From Octopus bimaculoides (taxonomy: Eukaryota), in NCBI RefSeq assembly GCF_001194135.2, contig NC_068988.1:81306023-81370022 (forward strand): a DNA stretch of 64,000 bases, read 5' to 3'. Both the position numbers and the translations under genes were made by a program. Positions 37,036 to 52,163 of this stretch are shown piece after piece. The first letter of the stretch is position 1. Every line of letters starts with the position of its first letter. Under the pieces are notes generated by a model. The model saw only the letters and a program-made list of their open reading frames with translations. It ran no database searches and had not been told where the DNA came from.

Positions 37036-38566
37036 AATCCACCTTGACAATTCACACCCTGACACTTCTTCCCCACTATGATTATTTACCCCCTCCCTCT
37101 GTTCTAATGTCAGTAGCTACGTAGGTCCTCAACAACAACAAGCCTGTTCTCTTCTGGTTCTTTCTCAGACTTTGACCCCTCATCTCCTTGTTTAAATCTA
37201 CCTCCCCCTTTACTGTAGCTCCACTTAGTGAAAAGGGATTTTTGTCTTGCAGGTTACATGATGGCTTCAACTTGTGCTTATGCTACAAAAAAAAAAAAGA
37301 CAAAAAAAAAACAAGCACCCAGTACACACTGTAAAGTGGTTGGCATTAGGAAGGGCATTCAGCTATAGAAACCTTACCAATAGACATGGGAGTAGATTGC
37401 AATCCTTGGACCACTCGGACTCTGTCAGACCATCCAGCCCATGGAAGCATGGGGGCATGGACGTTAAATGTTAATGCAACCATAACTAACACTGTGAAAC
37501 AGAAACAGTTTCCTGAATNNNNNNNNNNNNNNNNNNNNNNNNNNNNNNNNNNNNNNNNNNNNNNNNNNNNNNNNNNNNNNNNNNNNNNNNNNNNNNNNNN
37601 NNNNNNNNNNNNNNNNNNNNNNNNNNNNNNNNNNNNNNNNNNNNNNNNNNNNNNNNNNNNNNNNNNNNNNNNNNNNNNNNNNNNNNNNNNNNNNNNNNNN
37701 NNNNNNNNNNNNNNNNNNNNNNNNNNNNNNNNNNNNNNNNNNNNNNNNNNNNNNNNNNNNNNNNNNNNNNNNNNNNNNNNNNNNNNNNNNNNNNNNNNNN
37801 NNNNNNNNNNNNNNNNNNNNNNNNNNNNNNNNNNNNNNNNNNNNNNNNNNNNNNNNNNNNNNNNNNNNNNNNNNNNNNNNNNNNNNNNNNNNNNNNNNNN
37901 NNNNNNNNNNNNNNNNNNNNNNNNNNNNNNNNNNNNNNNNNNNNNNNNNNNNNNNNNNNNNNNNNNNNNNNNNNNNNNNNNNNNNNNNNNNNNNNNNNNN
38001 NNNNNNNNNNNNNNNNNNNNNNNNNNNNNNNNNNNNNNNNNNNNNNNNNNNNNNNNNNNNNNNNNNNNNNNNNNNNNNNNNNNNNNNNNNNNNNNNNNNN
38101 NNNNNNNNNNNNNNNNNNNNNNNNNNNNNNNNNNNNNNNNNNNNNNNNNNNNNNNNNNNNNNNNNNNNNNNNNNNNNNNNNNNNNNNNNNNNNNNNNNNN
38201 NNNNNNNNNNNNNNNNNNNNNNNNNNNNNNNNNNNNNNNNNNNNNNNNNNNNNNNNNNNNNNNNNNNNNNNNNNNNNNNNNNNNNNNNNNNNNNNNNNNN
38301 NNNNNNNNNNNNNNNNNNNNNNNNNNNNNNNNNNNNNNNNNNNNNNNNNNNNNNNNNNNNNNNNNNNNNNNNNNNNNNNNNNNNNNNNNNNNNNNNNNNN
38401 NNNNNNNNNNNNNNNNNNNNNNNNNNNNNNNNNNNNNNNNNNNNNNNNNTTACGTTTTGGTATCACGCTATATTTCATGTTGAGAACAATTTAGGTCTTA
38501 TTAGACACAAGATGTGATCTATTTCTAGCACATTGAATGTCCACGTTAGTGGTCAACGTCATATAT

Positions 38567-38679
<113 letters not shown>

Positions 38680-40479
38680 TACATATACATATACATATAC
38701 ATACACACATACTATATCTTTATCCACTTATTCAGTGTTGAACACACATTTTCATTGTTCACCCACCCATGCTAGCATGGAAGGCAGACATTAAACGATG
38801 ATGATAATGATGTTGCTGATGATTACAATACTGAATTTCCAAGTTAAAAATCCATTTCGGGTCTGACTTTTCTTTTCATCATTTCAGAGGCCAGTAGAGT
38901 AAAAGAGTAATGAGAAACCGTGTACTGGGCATGCCCTTTCCCTCTGTCCTGCTGAATTAAAAATAAAAAAAATGATTGAAGAAATGAATACTTAGAGGTG
39001 AAGGAAAAAGCAACAAAATTTTCTTGCAATTATACCTCACCACCATTTAAAAAATAACAAACATAGTTGATATTGTTATTTGCTACCTCCTCTTTTCCAT
39101 TCTTTCCAAACCTGTCTCTACTCTTATATGGCCCTGTCAACCTCACTGTTCCACCAAATTGTTGCCCTTGCTCTGTCAGAGATTTTGCTCCATCCACAGA
39201 TTTGGTCTGTCACCCAGCAGATTGCCTGTAAGAACTTCCAGTTGTCCTCTATGTCATATGTCTTTATCTCTTCCTCATAAATACATATATACATGTGTGT
39301 GTGTTTGTGTGTGTATGTGTTTGTGTGTGTGTTTGTGTGTGTGTGCTTGTGTGTGTGTGTCTGTGTGTGTGTGCTTGTGTGTGTGTGCTTGTGTGTGTGT
39401 GTATAACAATAATAAAAAAAATGAATGGATTATATGGTAACACTCAATCATTTCATTAAGAGATTTTATTGCATTGTAAGATCGCACAAGTAGGTCTGTA
39501 TGAAGTACAACAGCTATAAGATACTACAAAACACAACAGAGAACCTATCAAATTATCATACTGCTCTGTATTGCAAAAGAGCAAATATCAACAGTACTGC
39601 ATGTACTGTTCAAATCAAGAAAACCAATAGTTCAAAAATGGAATGAAGCTGGAATTAACCAGAAGCAGAGGTAACTCAATTAGGTTGTCATAGAAAGTAG
39701 ACATTAGGAAAGGAAATGGGCAGACATATAAGGAATTGTTGCCTAAACATTGATTAGAATATAAAAAAACAAAACAAAGGCCAATAGTAGAGACATTTAG
39801 CAAACAGAGAGAGAGAAAGAGAGAGAGAGATGAAAGAATAAAATGCTGAGATATCTTTGGTGATAATGACGCAAATAATAACAATTAAAGAGAAACAGAG
39901 TATGATTAGCTAGAGCAAAATCAGAGACCTAATTGAACTAAATACACTTTTGATTGGCCTGTTAGATATTTGAATTGTTGGTTCTCTTGACTCAATTGGC
40001 ACATGCCATTGGACTATGCTGTCCAACATATTGATAGTTACTCTAATGCAATACGAGTAACTATCTGATGAGTTGATAGGTTCTCTGTTGTGTTTTGCGG
40101 TATCTTATAGATGTTGCGTGTCACATATGCCTGCCTGTACACTGTTATAATGCAATAAATTCCCTTAATGAAACAATTACACCAATACTATATATTCCAT
40201 TTCTTTGTCCTTTTTCACTACACTCAAATTCTCTTCAACTTTGGATACTCTTGGAGTTGTGGATTACCGAACATGAGTGAACTTCATGGATTGTCTACCT
40301 GTTGTTTTGTGCTTTACTAATCGTCATCAATATGGTGTACTTCACTTTGATATGCTTCTGTTTTAATTCATCTAGCAATCTGTCTGTCTGTCAGTCTGTC
40401 TGTCTGTCAGTCTGTCTGTCTGTCTGTCAGTCTGTCTGTTTGTCTATCTCCCCCCCTCTCTCTCTGTATATACATATAT

Positions 40480-40536
<57 letters not shown>

Positions 40537-40538
<2 letters not shown>

Positions 40539-41785
40539 TTTCAGCTCAAACCTGTGGCCATGCTGGGGCACCACCATTTCACTACACTGTTATTATTGAG
40601 AACCTCCTCTAATATGTGGCATTTGGTGAATAAAGGAGTTTGATGTTGCTACCCTCATTTGCACCTCTTGCCACGAGGTAGGTTCATCTGGGACTTTTGA
40701 CAACACCTACATCCACTTTGTGTAGATCCCTCAGGCTCTTTGGGAGAATATTAAAAAGCTGTGGGCCTCTGAAACCCAGGTTTTTGCAGTAACTGGTCCT
40801 GAAGTGCGACGGCATTGCTGGAATCTTTGGTACTGTGCAGTGTCGACCCGTTCTGGCATTTGTGTAACTTTCAATGCCAAAATTTGGTACAATTCCTTCC
40901 AAGATCTTCCAGATGTGTATTACTGCATACCTCTCCTGCCTTCACTCCATTGGCCACTACCACCTGACTTGCAGAAAGTCATGTAACCACTCTCCAAGTT
41001 TTCCAGCTATGCAGAGATCACACAATTTGTGGCATATCATACCATGATCCACTTTATCTAAAGCTTTTGCAAAGTCAAGATATACTACATCCTCATTTGA
41101 GTTGTTGAGTAACTGCCTCAACACCTAGTTGCAGTGCTGTAAGAGCTGGATCAGGCAGCTTCTACCTGGTTGAAAGCCGTGCTGGGTATCACCCAGCAAG
41201 TCATTTTCCTCAAGGAATGTAATTAGTTTCCCTCTGACTATCCGTTCTATGACTTTGCTGATGTGTGAAGTCAGAGAGATGCATCTGCTCTGCTTCCTCC
41301 TTTATGGATTGGGCATATTATTCCCTCCTTCAGCTTGCTTGCCAGCCTGCCATTTGCAAGAAAGCTCTGGAAGAGGATCTGGAGGGGTTTTGCCAGGGCT
41401 TGCTTACACAATTTGAGGAGGATTGCTGGGAAACCATCAGGACCAGCAGTTGAGTTTATGTCCACTTCATCTATTGCTAGTAGTACATCTTCTTCGCTAA
41501 TGTCGATGTATTCCATCATAACTGTCTCGCTGGTTATAGGTGAGGCAGCAAAGAAATCCACTGGTTTGTTCACTTGTCTGTGTTCCAACGGGGTGGTAAA
41601 GACACTTTTGAACTTGTCATTCAGTACTTCACTGATCCTGGTTGAACTATCTGGGAGGGAGCCATCCTTTTGAAAGAGGGGTCCTATTTTGCAGCGTACT
41701 GAGGCTGTTTCTTTGGCATAATGAAAGAAGACCTTGGGTTTGACTTAATGTTTCTTATAACCCAGGCTTCTTTGTCTGCTTTCTC
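40537..41785 (-). mobile_element. CR1-group LINE relic with internal deletion
   Basis: STAGPDGFPAILLK..ICPIHKGGSR and C-terminal GFRGPQLFNILPKSLR. 3' tail GGTGGTGCCCCAGCATGGCCACAG..CTGAAACT. A further 3' fragment lies at 54705-54890 (+). Confidence 0.85.
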
Positions 41786-44700
41786 CCTCTATACACACAC
41801 ACACATGTATAAATATATATATATATATAGAGAGAGAGAGAGTTTTTGTAGTGATGTACAGATATTGTATATTTAGAATAATAAGGGAGTCAGAATGTTA
41901 GATGATTATATATATATTTTTATTTATTTATATTTTATTTACAATTTTAGCATTTTCTTCCATTATCAGATTTATCAAAAAGTTGTTTAAGGTTAGATTT
42001 CTTGGCCTTTTTATATATATAAAAAATTTTGTGGGGGTTGCCAATCAAGGGAGAACAAAAAAATTTTTTGAGAAGGAGAGGAGGTAAAGAGGCGGGGCTT
42101 TTGTATTGGTATGGTCAGACTTGTTCGTTTAGTACTTAGTGGCTTTTTAAGGTGGGGAAGGAAGGAAAAAGAATTTTTGTATTTGAATTGGTCAAGGCTT
42201 TAATTGAAAAACCAGACGTTGTTTTTGACTTTCTTCTGGAAAAATTATAATTGCATTTCCAGGTCTTGTTCTTTTGTATTCATTAAAGAATAGTTGTATG
42301 GATGTGGTCAACTTTTTTTGATGGAAATTCTAGATGTTTTCAAAAGGGTGATTTTTTTTAGTTCCCTATACACTCACACAGCAATTATGTATATAAATTA
42401 GCAGTGGGGTGGGGGATGGGTGTTCCAGAACTGAATAAAAGTTAATTGGAGTAAGTTCAATTGGCTATTACCTCTGCTTGCTTCCTCAAAATCAAGGGTA
42501 AATTGAAGGATGTTTGAGTGTGATGCATCTTGCAGCATGGCAGCAAGATGTGAACCATAAAAACTGGAGGGCCTGTGAAGACTAGAAAGAAATAAAGTGT
42601 ACATTCTCCCTCATTTGTCTCTTTCCTGCTTATTGTGCCCTTGTCTAATATGGTCTCTGTTAATCATTCACCTATTACTCTCTATCAGCAATAAACCAGT
42701 GTAACTTCAATAAGGTATGCAAGGCAAATTCAGCCCCTCCTTTACCCTTACCACTTTGAGTATCCAACTCCCTTACTTTCATATTGACCCCCAACAATGT
42801 TCTTCCCTTTTCCCCTTCTCTCCCTCATCCATTATTTCTTCTTATCACTGTTCTCTCAGTCACTCTCTCCATTTTCATCAGCTCACAACATTAAATTAGC
42901 TTCTTCCATTATACTTTTAATTTCTGCTCCTTCACCAACAGTAATGGTGCCCCAAAGAGATACCCAGCACACTTTGTAAGTGGTTGGTAGAATGAATCAA
43001 ACAGTGATACCGCAGGGTATGAGTGGTCTCTTCTGTCTTGCCACTGGCAGGATACCTTCTATCATGCTGGTGTCATGAAAACTGTACTAAGTATATTCTG
43101 TAAGGTGGGTTGCTGTTAGGAAGGGCATTTAGCTAAAGAAACCAGGTCAAAACTGAAACATTGGAACAAGACATTGTCCTCCAACCCATTGAACCCTGTT
43201 AAACCATCCCATTCCAACAAAGAAAACTAATGCAAAATGATGATTATGCAGCGACCATCTAATTGAGACACATTCGTTATTTTCTCTCTCCATCTTTTTA
43301 CTATCCTCGTCCATTCTTTCTGTAGAAGAGTATATGCTTGAAATATAAGACTTTTCCTTCTATTTTACCTGATTGTAAACCTAATACACTCTATTTTTTT
43401 TTACCTTGTCTTTGTGTTTTTTATTCATTTTTTCCCCTGTGCATATATATGTATAATCATCATCATCATGTATATATATATATGTTTTCATGAGTTTATT
43501 TCTGGTTAAATCTGATGTTAAAATAGGAGATTGCCTAATAACCTGTTATGACTGGTAACAATACAAAAATATTCCAAGTGTGACCCATCCAATTTATACA
43601 TCCACTTAATACACCATTTAAAAACCAACCAGTTAATATACCATTTAAAAACCAACCAGTTAATATACCATTTAATATAAGGTTAAAACATGTACAAGTA
43701 GCAAAGATCAGTCTCATGAAATTACTGCGATCAACCTTCAGTACAAAGGAATACCAAAGACTTAATCCAGGATGCAAAATAGTCCTTATTGAATACCTCA
43801 AGTACATCGTCTAATGATATCAGGAAGGGTATCCTGGCATTAGGAAGAGCATCTAGCTGTAGAAATTATACCAAAGCAGACACAAGAGCATGACACAGTT
43901 CTCTGACTTAATGAATTCTGTCAAACTATCCAGCCCATAACAGCATGTAAGACAAATAATGTTAAAAGCTAGTGATGATAATGATGTTCACATTCAGTCA
44001 ATGACAATATTACATTCTGGCCTTCCGTACTAAAAGTTGATAGAAATAATTCTATGGAGCCTGTGTAGGCTCATGTTGTAAATAACAATCCTCTGGCATT
44101 TTAGCACAGCATAAATTTTCCTGATGACTCATCAAGTTTCAAACAGTACATGTGTATGGATCTGGAGGTTATCCAGCCAAGATCTTGATATAAACAGACT
44201 AAAACCAACAGTCCAACATGGAAATGTATCTGTTATGCTTTGAGAAACTATTTGACACAGTGGGAATACAGACTTATCTTAGTGTGTTGGTAACATTAAT
44301 TCAGACAATTACATTTCCGTCCTTGAATATGGACAAATTGTTTGCATTCTGGATTAAGTCTTTGACCAATTTGGTCAAGTGATCAAATTGAAAATAGCAG
44401 CTGCCTCTTCGTGGAAAAGTGAGCTCCATATCACACAGTAAAAGAAGACAAAAGGATACAATGGTATCAAACAATATCTTTGGTTGAGTCAGTCCTCTGA
44501 CATGAGCCCCAGAAAACACACAGTGGTTAATATGAAATAATAACTTGATTAAATTACAAAAAATAAAACCCCCAAAATGTAGTAACACAATTAGAATTGC
44601 TGAATAATTTATGTCAAGCTCTTATTTCAGAACTCATTAATTGTCTGTTTAGACAAGTGGCTAATCTTAAAGTAACGAAAGGAATGTCAACAGAGTATTA

Positions 44701-45052
44701 ATAATTAAACCTTAATTATTTGAAATTTATTTTGTACACAACATTTACAAATAAAGTTTTCACTATAAAGTAAATATTAAAAAATTGTTAATGCTTAAAG
44801 ATGAAGTAAATAGTAAAAAAGCAATAAAAGCCCCAAATCTTACAAACCTGCAGGTACAATTAAACAAAAGATCAAAGTAATCCTGGTGCGCTGAATGCAT
44901 GGTTTCAATTCCTGATAATGGATGTGAAAGTACAAATTATTTGCTGCACATTAATCAGAAATCCCAAGTCTAGTAAAAAGAAAGGAATATTGAACAGAGA
45001 CTGTGACAAACACCATAACATGTTGTTAGGTTCATAGTGACTTATTTCTTAA

Positions 45053-45272
45053 CCCTTTAGCATTCAGATTTCTTTGTCAAACTTATTGCTTATCTATTCA
45101 CATTCTTCTGAATTAATCACACATTATTTTGTGGCTTCAAGATTTCAATGGTGTGTTTGCATGGTTTTAGAAGGACATTATAGGGTATGTGCGAGAGGTT
45201 GGATCTGATCAGTTTTAACATAAAACAAGTAGAATATTTGGGCTGCATATGGCCAGTTTAAATGTTAAAGGG
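45053..45272. mobile_element. piggyBac-type MITE
   Basis: TTAA|CCCTTTAGCATT...AATGTTAAAGGG|TTAA. Confidence 0.85.
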
Positions 45273-46999
45273 TTAAACTAGGTTTGATTTCTCTTCACTC
45301 ATATTGCTGAAGATGAGGGTTCATGCCCCATAAGCAACCTTTTTTTTTTTTTTTTTTTCATCCAAAGGTGTTTTTAACACAATATTCTACATGTTATTAT
45401 TTAAACCCTTCATTATCATATTTATGTTGATATACAGAGCTTTTGCTTCAATTAATTTTGGAAATAATGAAGAATTTAGAAAAAATAACTTTGCCATCAT
45501 TAAGCTTGTTAGAACATATTTTAACATGAAATTTTGAGGGAAAGTTTTGGATCATTTTAAAACAAAAAGTTTGTTCCATAGAACAAAGGACAATATCAGG
45601 CAGGTTGATATCAAGAACGTTAAAGCTTTGTTTACTGTAAAAAATTATTTACTTATGATTATCACAATTTCCCTCAATACTCCTCTCACCTATAGTCAGA
45701 CTTCTCACCTATATAAGAAATCAGTATATTTTATTGAGTAGAAATGAATTTATGCATAACAACTTCTTCAATTAAAGATGATTTTACAGCAAGAAGTATA
45801 ATGTTAAACAAAATATATGATTTTTAAATTTATCAGTTTTCTTGCAATTTAAATATGATTTATTCAGAAATGATTTTATTAAAATTAAATTCTCATCTCT
45901 AACCAACTGTCCCTCTTCTTTCACACTCTCACGAACCTATCCATCCAGCCATCTTCATCTCTTTCATTCTATTCTCTGTCTGTCTGTCTTCTTATACTTT
46001 AAAGATATGCCCTGACACACCATCTCCACCATCCTTTCTCCTTTTCCTGATGAAGCAGCTGTGAATCTTCTCTGCTACAAGACACCTGTTCCTGTTTTTC
46101 CATCATACTTTAGCCTCTCAGCACATGACACAAAGCCATTTTCCTCAATGCTGCACCTCTCCTCTGCCAAGGGATCTTGTCTTGCAGGTTATATGGTGAT
46201 GATTGAATATTTTGTTTTTTCCCCCTTCCTATACCCAGCTATTAATTCTTACTGGATTAACCCTTACTCATATATATTTTTAAACGTTAGTGTAAAAACA
46301 GAAGGAATTCAAGTTGTGAAAGATAAGAAAATTAAATAAAATATTTATTCTCAGAATTGGAAATAAACAATACAGATTATAATCATTTTGGAAATAACTA
46401 AAATGAAAGAAAGTTTTACTACTTTTAATCTGATATCTGAAAGGGAAGGATATTGGTTACTGGTTGCGATAGTACTGGGGAAACTTACAGGACAGAGAGA
46501 TAAAAAGGAGTTTCAAAACTGATACAGTTAATGTGTGAAGAAGAAAAATAGTGGTTGGTGGTTTATGTCACGTAGGGAGACAGGTTAATATTGTTGATGA
46601 AATGATGACGATGATGATGATAATGATGATGACAACAACAATAATAGTGTGAATGATGGTGATGATGATGATAATAATAATCATAGCGATGATGGTCAAG
46701 GTGATGATAAGATTTCAAACCACAGATGGTGTTCTATTTGTTAATCTGACGAAGGTTTCAAAGTATTGTTTTATTGTTAATGATGTCATACACAAAACCA
46801 AAAGTAACTGCATAATCAAAATTTGATTTTGCTACAAACAAACACCTCTTTAAGGTACATACTTTTATGAATTCATATCTATCTATCTATTTAACTCTCT
46901 CTCTGTCCTGGCCTCTACTTCACTGCTATACCCTTCTGTCCCTTCCTCCTTGTTCCACTTCCTCCCTCACCATCCTCTCTGCTCTCGTGTGACCTGTGG

Positions 47000-47248
47000 T
47001 CAACTTTCTTTTCACTCCAGCCGCTGTGAAGGCAAGACGAACTACTAGCGTTCTACCTCAGATTTGTGTTTGGCCGTACGGCTTTTGAATGTTGTTTTCA
47101 CTGTCCAATTTTTCCTGTCTTGGTTTGTGTTTGCCACCTTGGAATCCTCTGTTTAGTGGATTGATCCACTACTCAGGAAGAAACTATTCTAGAGTACGTT
47201 CTGTCTTATCTTCAAAACGTCTAGTTAGAATAGAGACAGCTGATGAAG
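47000..47248 (+). mobile_element. Probable PLE 3' terminus; hammerhead core start cut off by a gap
   Basis: Ends in GACAGCTGATGAAG (CUGAUGA+AG, as at 16868) directly before the N run. Confidence 0.4.
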
Positions 47249-47535
47249 NNNNNNNNNNNNNNNNNNNNNNNNNNNNNNNNNNNNNNNNNNNNNNNNNNNN
47301 NNNNNNNNNNNNNNNNNNNNNNNNNNNNNNNNNNNNNNNNNNNNNNNNNNNNNNNNNNNNNNNNNNNNNNNNNNNNNNNNNNNNNNNNNNNNNNNNNNNN
47401 NNNNNNNNNNNNNNNNNNNNNNNNNNNNNNNNNNNNNNNNNNNNNNNNNNNNNNNNNNNNNNNNNNNNNNNNNNNNNNNNNNNNNNNNNNNNNNNNNNNN
47501 NNNNNNNNNNNNNNNNNNNNNNNNNNNNNNNNNNN

Positions 47536-47598
<63 letters not shown>

Positions 47599-48532
47599 TC
47601 TTAAAGGTATGAAAAACATGTAAGCAGATCCTAATACTCATTAGATACAGCATATACTGTCAGTCAAATAAGAGTGGTGATTTCAAAACACTAGTTAATC
47701 TGGTTGTACCACAAATAGATCAAAGAAACACATCACTATGATATCCATAATTCTGGGACTTTGCTTTTCTAGACTGTATTGTTAATGGCTGGGATTATTT
47801 CAGCTAAATACTTTTTAAGGTTATTAAGCTCAACCATAAGCTCTAACTCATACAGTAGTAGTCATACACACTTAGATATACACACTTTAGATATATATAC
47901 ACTCTATAAATATATATACATTCTATGAATTACATACACGTACAAATATATACACTCTATGAATATATATGCTCTTTTATTACCCACCAATAAACATTGA
48001 TTTAGTGGTCACCCCTAATGCTAGCTGATGAATGTTAAGGGTTTATTTGTTTTGAAGAGATTCTAGCAAACAGCATTGGACATTTCTTTTTAATTCTTTC
48101 AGTCTGAGAAATGTTAAGGGAAGATTGAACTTAGAGTACTGAACTTGGTAAATCAAATGGCAGTTAATGAAGAATTGATCTGATGAAGAATGGTGAAACT
48201 TGTGAAATCTCTGAGGTTTCATAAAGACATGTGTTCTAGCTATCAATACTTATTGTCTAGTGTGAGAAAGAGAGGAGGAGAGATAGATAGATAAAGAGAG
48301 AGAAAGAGAGAGGGAGGTAAGGAGAGAGAGAGAAGGGAAGTAAATGGGATGCTATAGGTGCCACCCAGGAGGCCCATGAGCCAGAGAATGATATAATCTC
48401 ATTGAATTTTAAAGAGATTGGTGATCTACTCCAGTAGAGCACCTGGGTCCAAGAGACATCCCAAAATGACACTTGTATTGAGATTATAGTAGACTGTACT
48501 TCAGAAGTTTAAGAGGATAAAGAATGATAGTA

Positions 48533-50024
48533 TGAGAATTGGCCGAAAAGTCCATAGGCTGACCAAAATACTCATGGAATGTGACCAAATGAGATTTATT
48601 TTTCAATAGAGTTCTCCTTGCAGTCATTAAACTTCACATCACAGCACACATCGGTTTTTTCTGTGCTTGGATCCCATTGGTGAAGAAGCTTTCATCCTGT
48701 TCATCAAAATGGTCATCAACAGCAGATATGATATCATAATCACTGAGATACTGGTTCCTAGCTAAGGGTTTTTTCATGTTGGGGAACAGATGATAGTCAG
48801 ATGGAGTGAAATCGGGAGAAATAGGGACGGTGATCTTTTCTACTCTAGGCACAAGGCCCGAAATTTTGGGGGAGGGGGCCAGTCAATTAGATCGACCTCA
48901 GTATGCAACTGGTACTTAATTTATTGGCCCCGAAAGGATGAAAGGCAAAGTCAACTCTGGTGGCATTTCAACTCAGAATGTAATGATTGGTGAAATACCG
49001 CAAAGCATTTCGCCTGGTGTGCTAACGTTTCTGCCAGCTCACCACCTTATAAGGAGGTTGATCAACCAGTTCAAAGCCACAATCATGCACAGCAGCCATT
49101 GAAAACCAATGTCTTGTGTGCTGGAGCATTGTCCTGATGAAACAAGATCTCACCCATTAATTTTCATGGGTTTTTGGTCTTGATTACCTTTTGTAACTGC
49201 CTCAACAAGTTGGCATAGTACTCTTCATTGATGGTTTGGCCCTTTTGAATATAGTCAATGCACACAATGCCTTTTGCATCCCCAAAAATTGTGCAGCACC
49301 TTCTCTGCAGATGAAACAACCTTGCCCTTCTTTGGAGCAGGTGAGGAGGGCTATTTCAACTGCATGGATTGTCTCTTTGTCTCTGGTTCAAAGTAATGAA
49401 CCCAACACTCATCCTGAGTTAGAAAACGTTCAAGGAAACCAGCTGAAACTGCCTGAAACAATGTCAGATTTTCCCATGATGTGATCAGTCAAGCGCACTT
49501 TTGATTAGATATGAGATGTGGCACCCACTGATCAGAAACCATCATCATGCCAAGTTCATTGAGCAGAATATTCTGAACTTTCTCAAGGGATATGCTACTA
49601 GCATTGGCTATTTGAATTATAGTCAATCGCTTGTCATCCATCAGCATGTGATGAACACTATCAATGTTTTCCTCAGTTGCAGGACAATCAGACCGTGGGA
49701 CATTTTCAAGACTCTCCCTTCCTCACCTTAAATTCAGCTGCCCAGTTTTGCCCTGTTTATAAAGCTGAAACATCATCCCAAAATGTAGCAACCATGTCAG
49801 CATGAATGTCCTTTAGGGATAAAACCAAAATGCCAAATTTTTTCCATTTTCAAAAGAAGCCACAGCAAATTACTTTTGAAATCTTTGAACAAATGTCAGT
49901 TTTCTTGGAAATAAACTATGTAGTTATTAATAAAAAGTAGTAAGAAGGGTTGAAATTAGTGCATACAAGATTTCACAGCATCACTTCTTCATAGTCAGCC
50001 TATGAACTTTTCAGCCCACCCTTG
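48533..50024 (-). mobile_element. mariner transposon, full-length degenerate (~1.29 kb excluding the SINE)
   Basis: TIRs ..GAAAAGT(C/T)CATAGGCTGAC with TA flanks. N-terminal KDIHADMVATF and C-terminal SPDFTPSDYHLFP motifs. Confidence 0.9.
48840..49030 (-). mobile_element. SINE inserted in the mariner
   Basis: CCCCGAAAGGATGAAAGGCAAAGTC...CTGCCAGCTCACC. Confidence 0.85.
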
Positions 50025-50149
50025 TAGATGAAGCAGAAAAAATACATAAAGATTTTTCACTTTAAAAAGCTTGGCAGTGATACTGTTATTTTTATTTCAA
50101 TAAGGTGGTCCACTAGTGCAACTCAACCATTGATGTTGATTGTTTTTTA

Positions 50150-50377
50150 TTGGGTTGCCTGGAAAGTTCATGCCGATTTATAGTAGCTTACCTTTCAACT
50201 TAATTGCCGTGAAACCACCTCAATTCTGGGAAGAGGGTATTTTCAAGTTAAAGGAAAGATGGAGACACATTGTGCAACAAAATGGTTCATATTTGGTTAA
50301 TTAAAAATGTAATGGCAAGTATTCATTGACCTTTTTCTTTCTTTCAAAAATTGGCACGAACTTTCCAGACAAGCCAA
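50150..50377. mobile_element. mariner-type MITE
   Basis: TA|TTGGGTTGCCTGGAAAGTTCATGCCGATTT ... AAATTGGCACGAACTTTCCAGACAAGCCAA|TA. Confidence 0.9.
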
Positions 50378-50621
50378 TAGTTAAAGCTATGGCTTTGACT
50401 CTGCCCAGAGTTTTCTCTCTTCTGTATTTCCCATTGAAGAAGGCCAGAGACATGTCTTGGAATCCACTAGCGGGAAGCATGGGGCAGATATAGTGTTTTT
50501 ACACCTTTTACCATAAGACAGTATTTTTTTCTCCACAGTAAGTACAATGAATCTGCTTTTAAAATGTTACAACATATTTTAACTAACCTAAAGTCCATTT
50601 ATACATACATACATACATACA

Positions 50622-50652
<31 letters not shown>

Positions 50653-50669
50653 CTCTTTGGAAATCCAAG

Positions 50670-50917
50670 AAAAAGAGGATATCTGTGGACAACTGCTTTG
50701 AAACCTCCAGCTTCTATATCAAGACTGCGAATTCATATTCATATTCATATGAATAATAATTGGAGCATTAAGTTTTGTTAGTAAATGCTTAAAGGAGAAT
50801 CTAGACACACTGGGATTATCAGAAAGAGAAATCGACTGACTAATTCGTACATCACAAGTGCAATCTATGAGTGGAACAGTAAAAATATGCAAGAATTTTC
50901 TCAAGTTCCAAATGTAA
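50670..50917 (+). pseudogene. C-terminus of an REL-endonuclease LINE (R4/NeSL-like)
   Basis: NLQLLY..IIIGALSFVSKCLKENLDTLGL..LIRTSQVQSMSGTVKICKNFLKF resembles the PI.IGALG...L...L..LG / LQ....GT motif. Confidence 0.65.
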
Positions 50918-51685
50918 ATTTGTCTGTGTTAACTACGTCCCAAAAATGTCCCTTTTCAGTGGAAGATTTATGATAATTAAAAAATAGAAGAGACACATAC
51001 ATACATACATACATATGTGTGTGTATCAGTATGTATATATATATATATTAAAGATAAAAAGGGAAGACGGAATGTACCAACGTAAAATTTATATTACCAC
51101 AACAATTGTTTCATCTTCAAGGTGCACTGCTCCCTTGAGGGTGTGGAACAATACTATAATACCAGATGCAATGCACAGTGCAGGTGGTATAGTAAGGTTT
51201 TAAATTGGGAGATTTACATTTCAGTTTCACTGTATTGAGAGATTCTAACAGTTGGACTGATGCACAGACAAACAGATGCACACATTCTTACACTTAAATC
51301 AGTGAAAGGATATACAGACATACACATTAATAATTATAATCATGGGCACATGCCAGCACACACCTCATGTATGCATGTCAGCCAATCACACACGCACACA
51401 GCTATACACACATACAGAAACATGTCTACAGACACGGATACATCCCTCAGGGCACAAAGATTCACTCACCTAGACACATACTGAGATCACATCAACACTG
51501 CCACCATGGGACATATACACACACACATGCACACAGGTACACCCACAGACACACTCACACCCTCACACAATACTCACAGACTCCCACACACACACACACA
51601 CACGCACACACCCACACCACAAGACATACAAATCCAAATGTACATTGACGCATGGCTGCAAGCAAGTACACTTATACACTCACAC

Positions 51686-52062
51686 ATTTATTGTTGTTGG
51701 CACTCCGTCACTTACGACGTCGAGGGTTCCAGTTGATCCGATCAACGGAACAACCTGCTCGTGAAATTAACGTGCAAGTGGCTGAGCACTCCACAGACAC
51801 GTGTACCCTTAATGTAGTTCTCGGGGAGATTCAGCGTGACACAGACCCTTTTAATTACAGGCGCAACAGAAACAGGAAGTAAGAGTGAGAGAAAGTTGTG
51901 GTGGAAGAGTACAGCAGGGTTCGCCACCATCCCCTGCTGGAGCCTTGCGGAGCTTTAGGTGTTTTCGCTCAATAAACACTCACAACGCCTCGTCTGAGAA
52001 TTGAAACTGCGATCCTATGACTGCGAGTCCACTGCCCTAACCACTGGGCCATTGCACCTCTA
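51686..52062 (-). mobile_element. Long tRNA-derived SINE
   Basis: Reverse complement of the 59698-60088 family. Confidence 0.85.
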
Positions 52063-52163
52063 CTACACACAATTATACACACAGGCTTATAGAAACATGT
52101 CGACTCTGCACATGCATGCACACAGAGATCGCATACACTCACAAGACTACTCAGGCACACATG

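Noticed and set aside
33644-38483. Long ORFs of 200-365 aa
   Set aside because: They consist mostly of X residues from N gaps.
43540-43810. 27-bp tandem repeat and a possible PLE RT-thumb remnant
   Set aside because: The similarity is too weak to call by eye.
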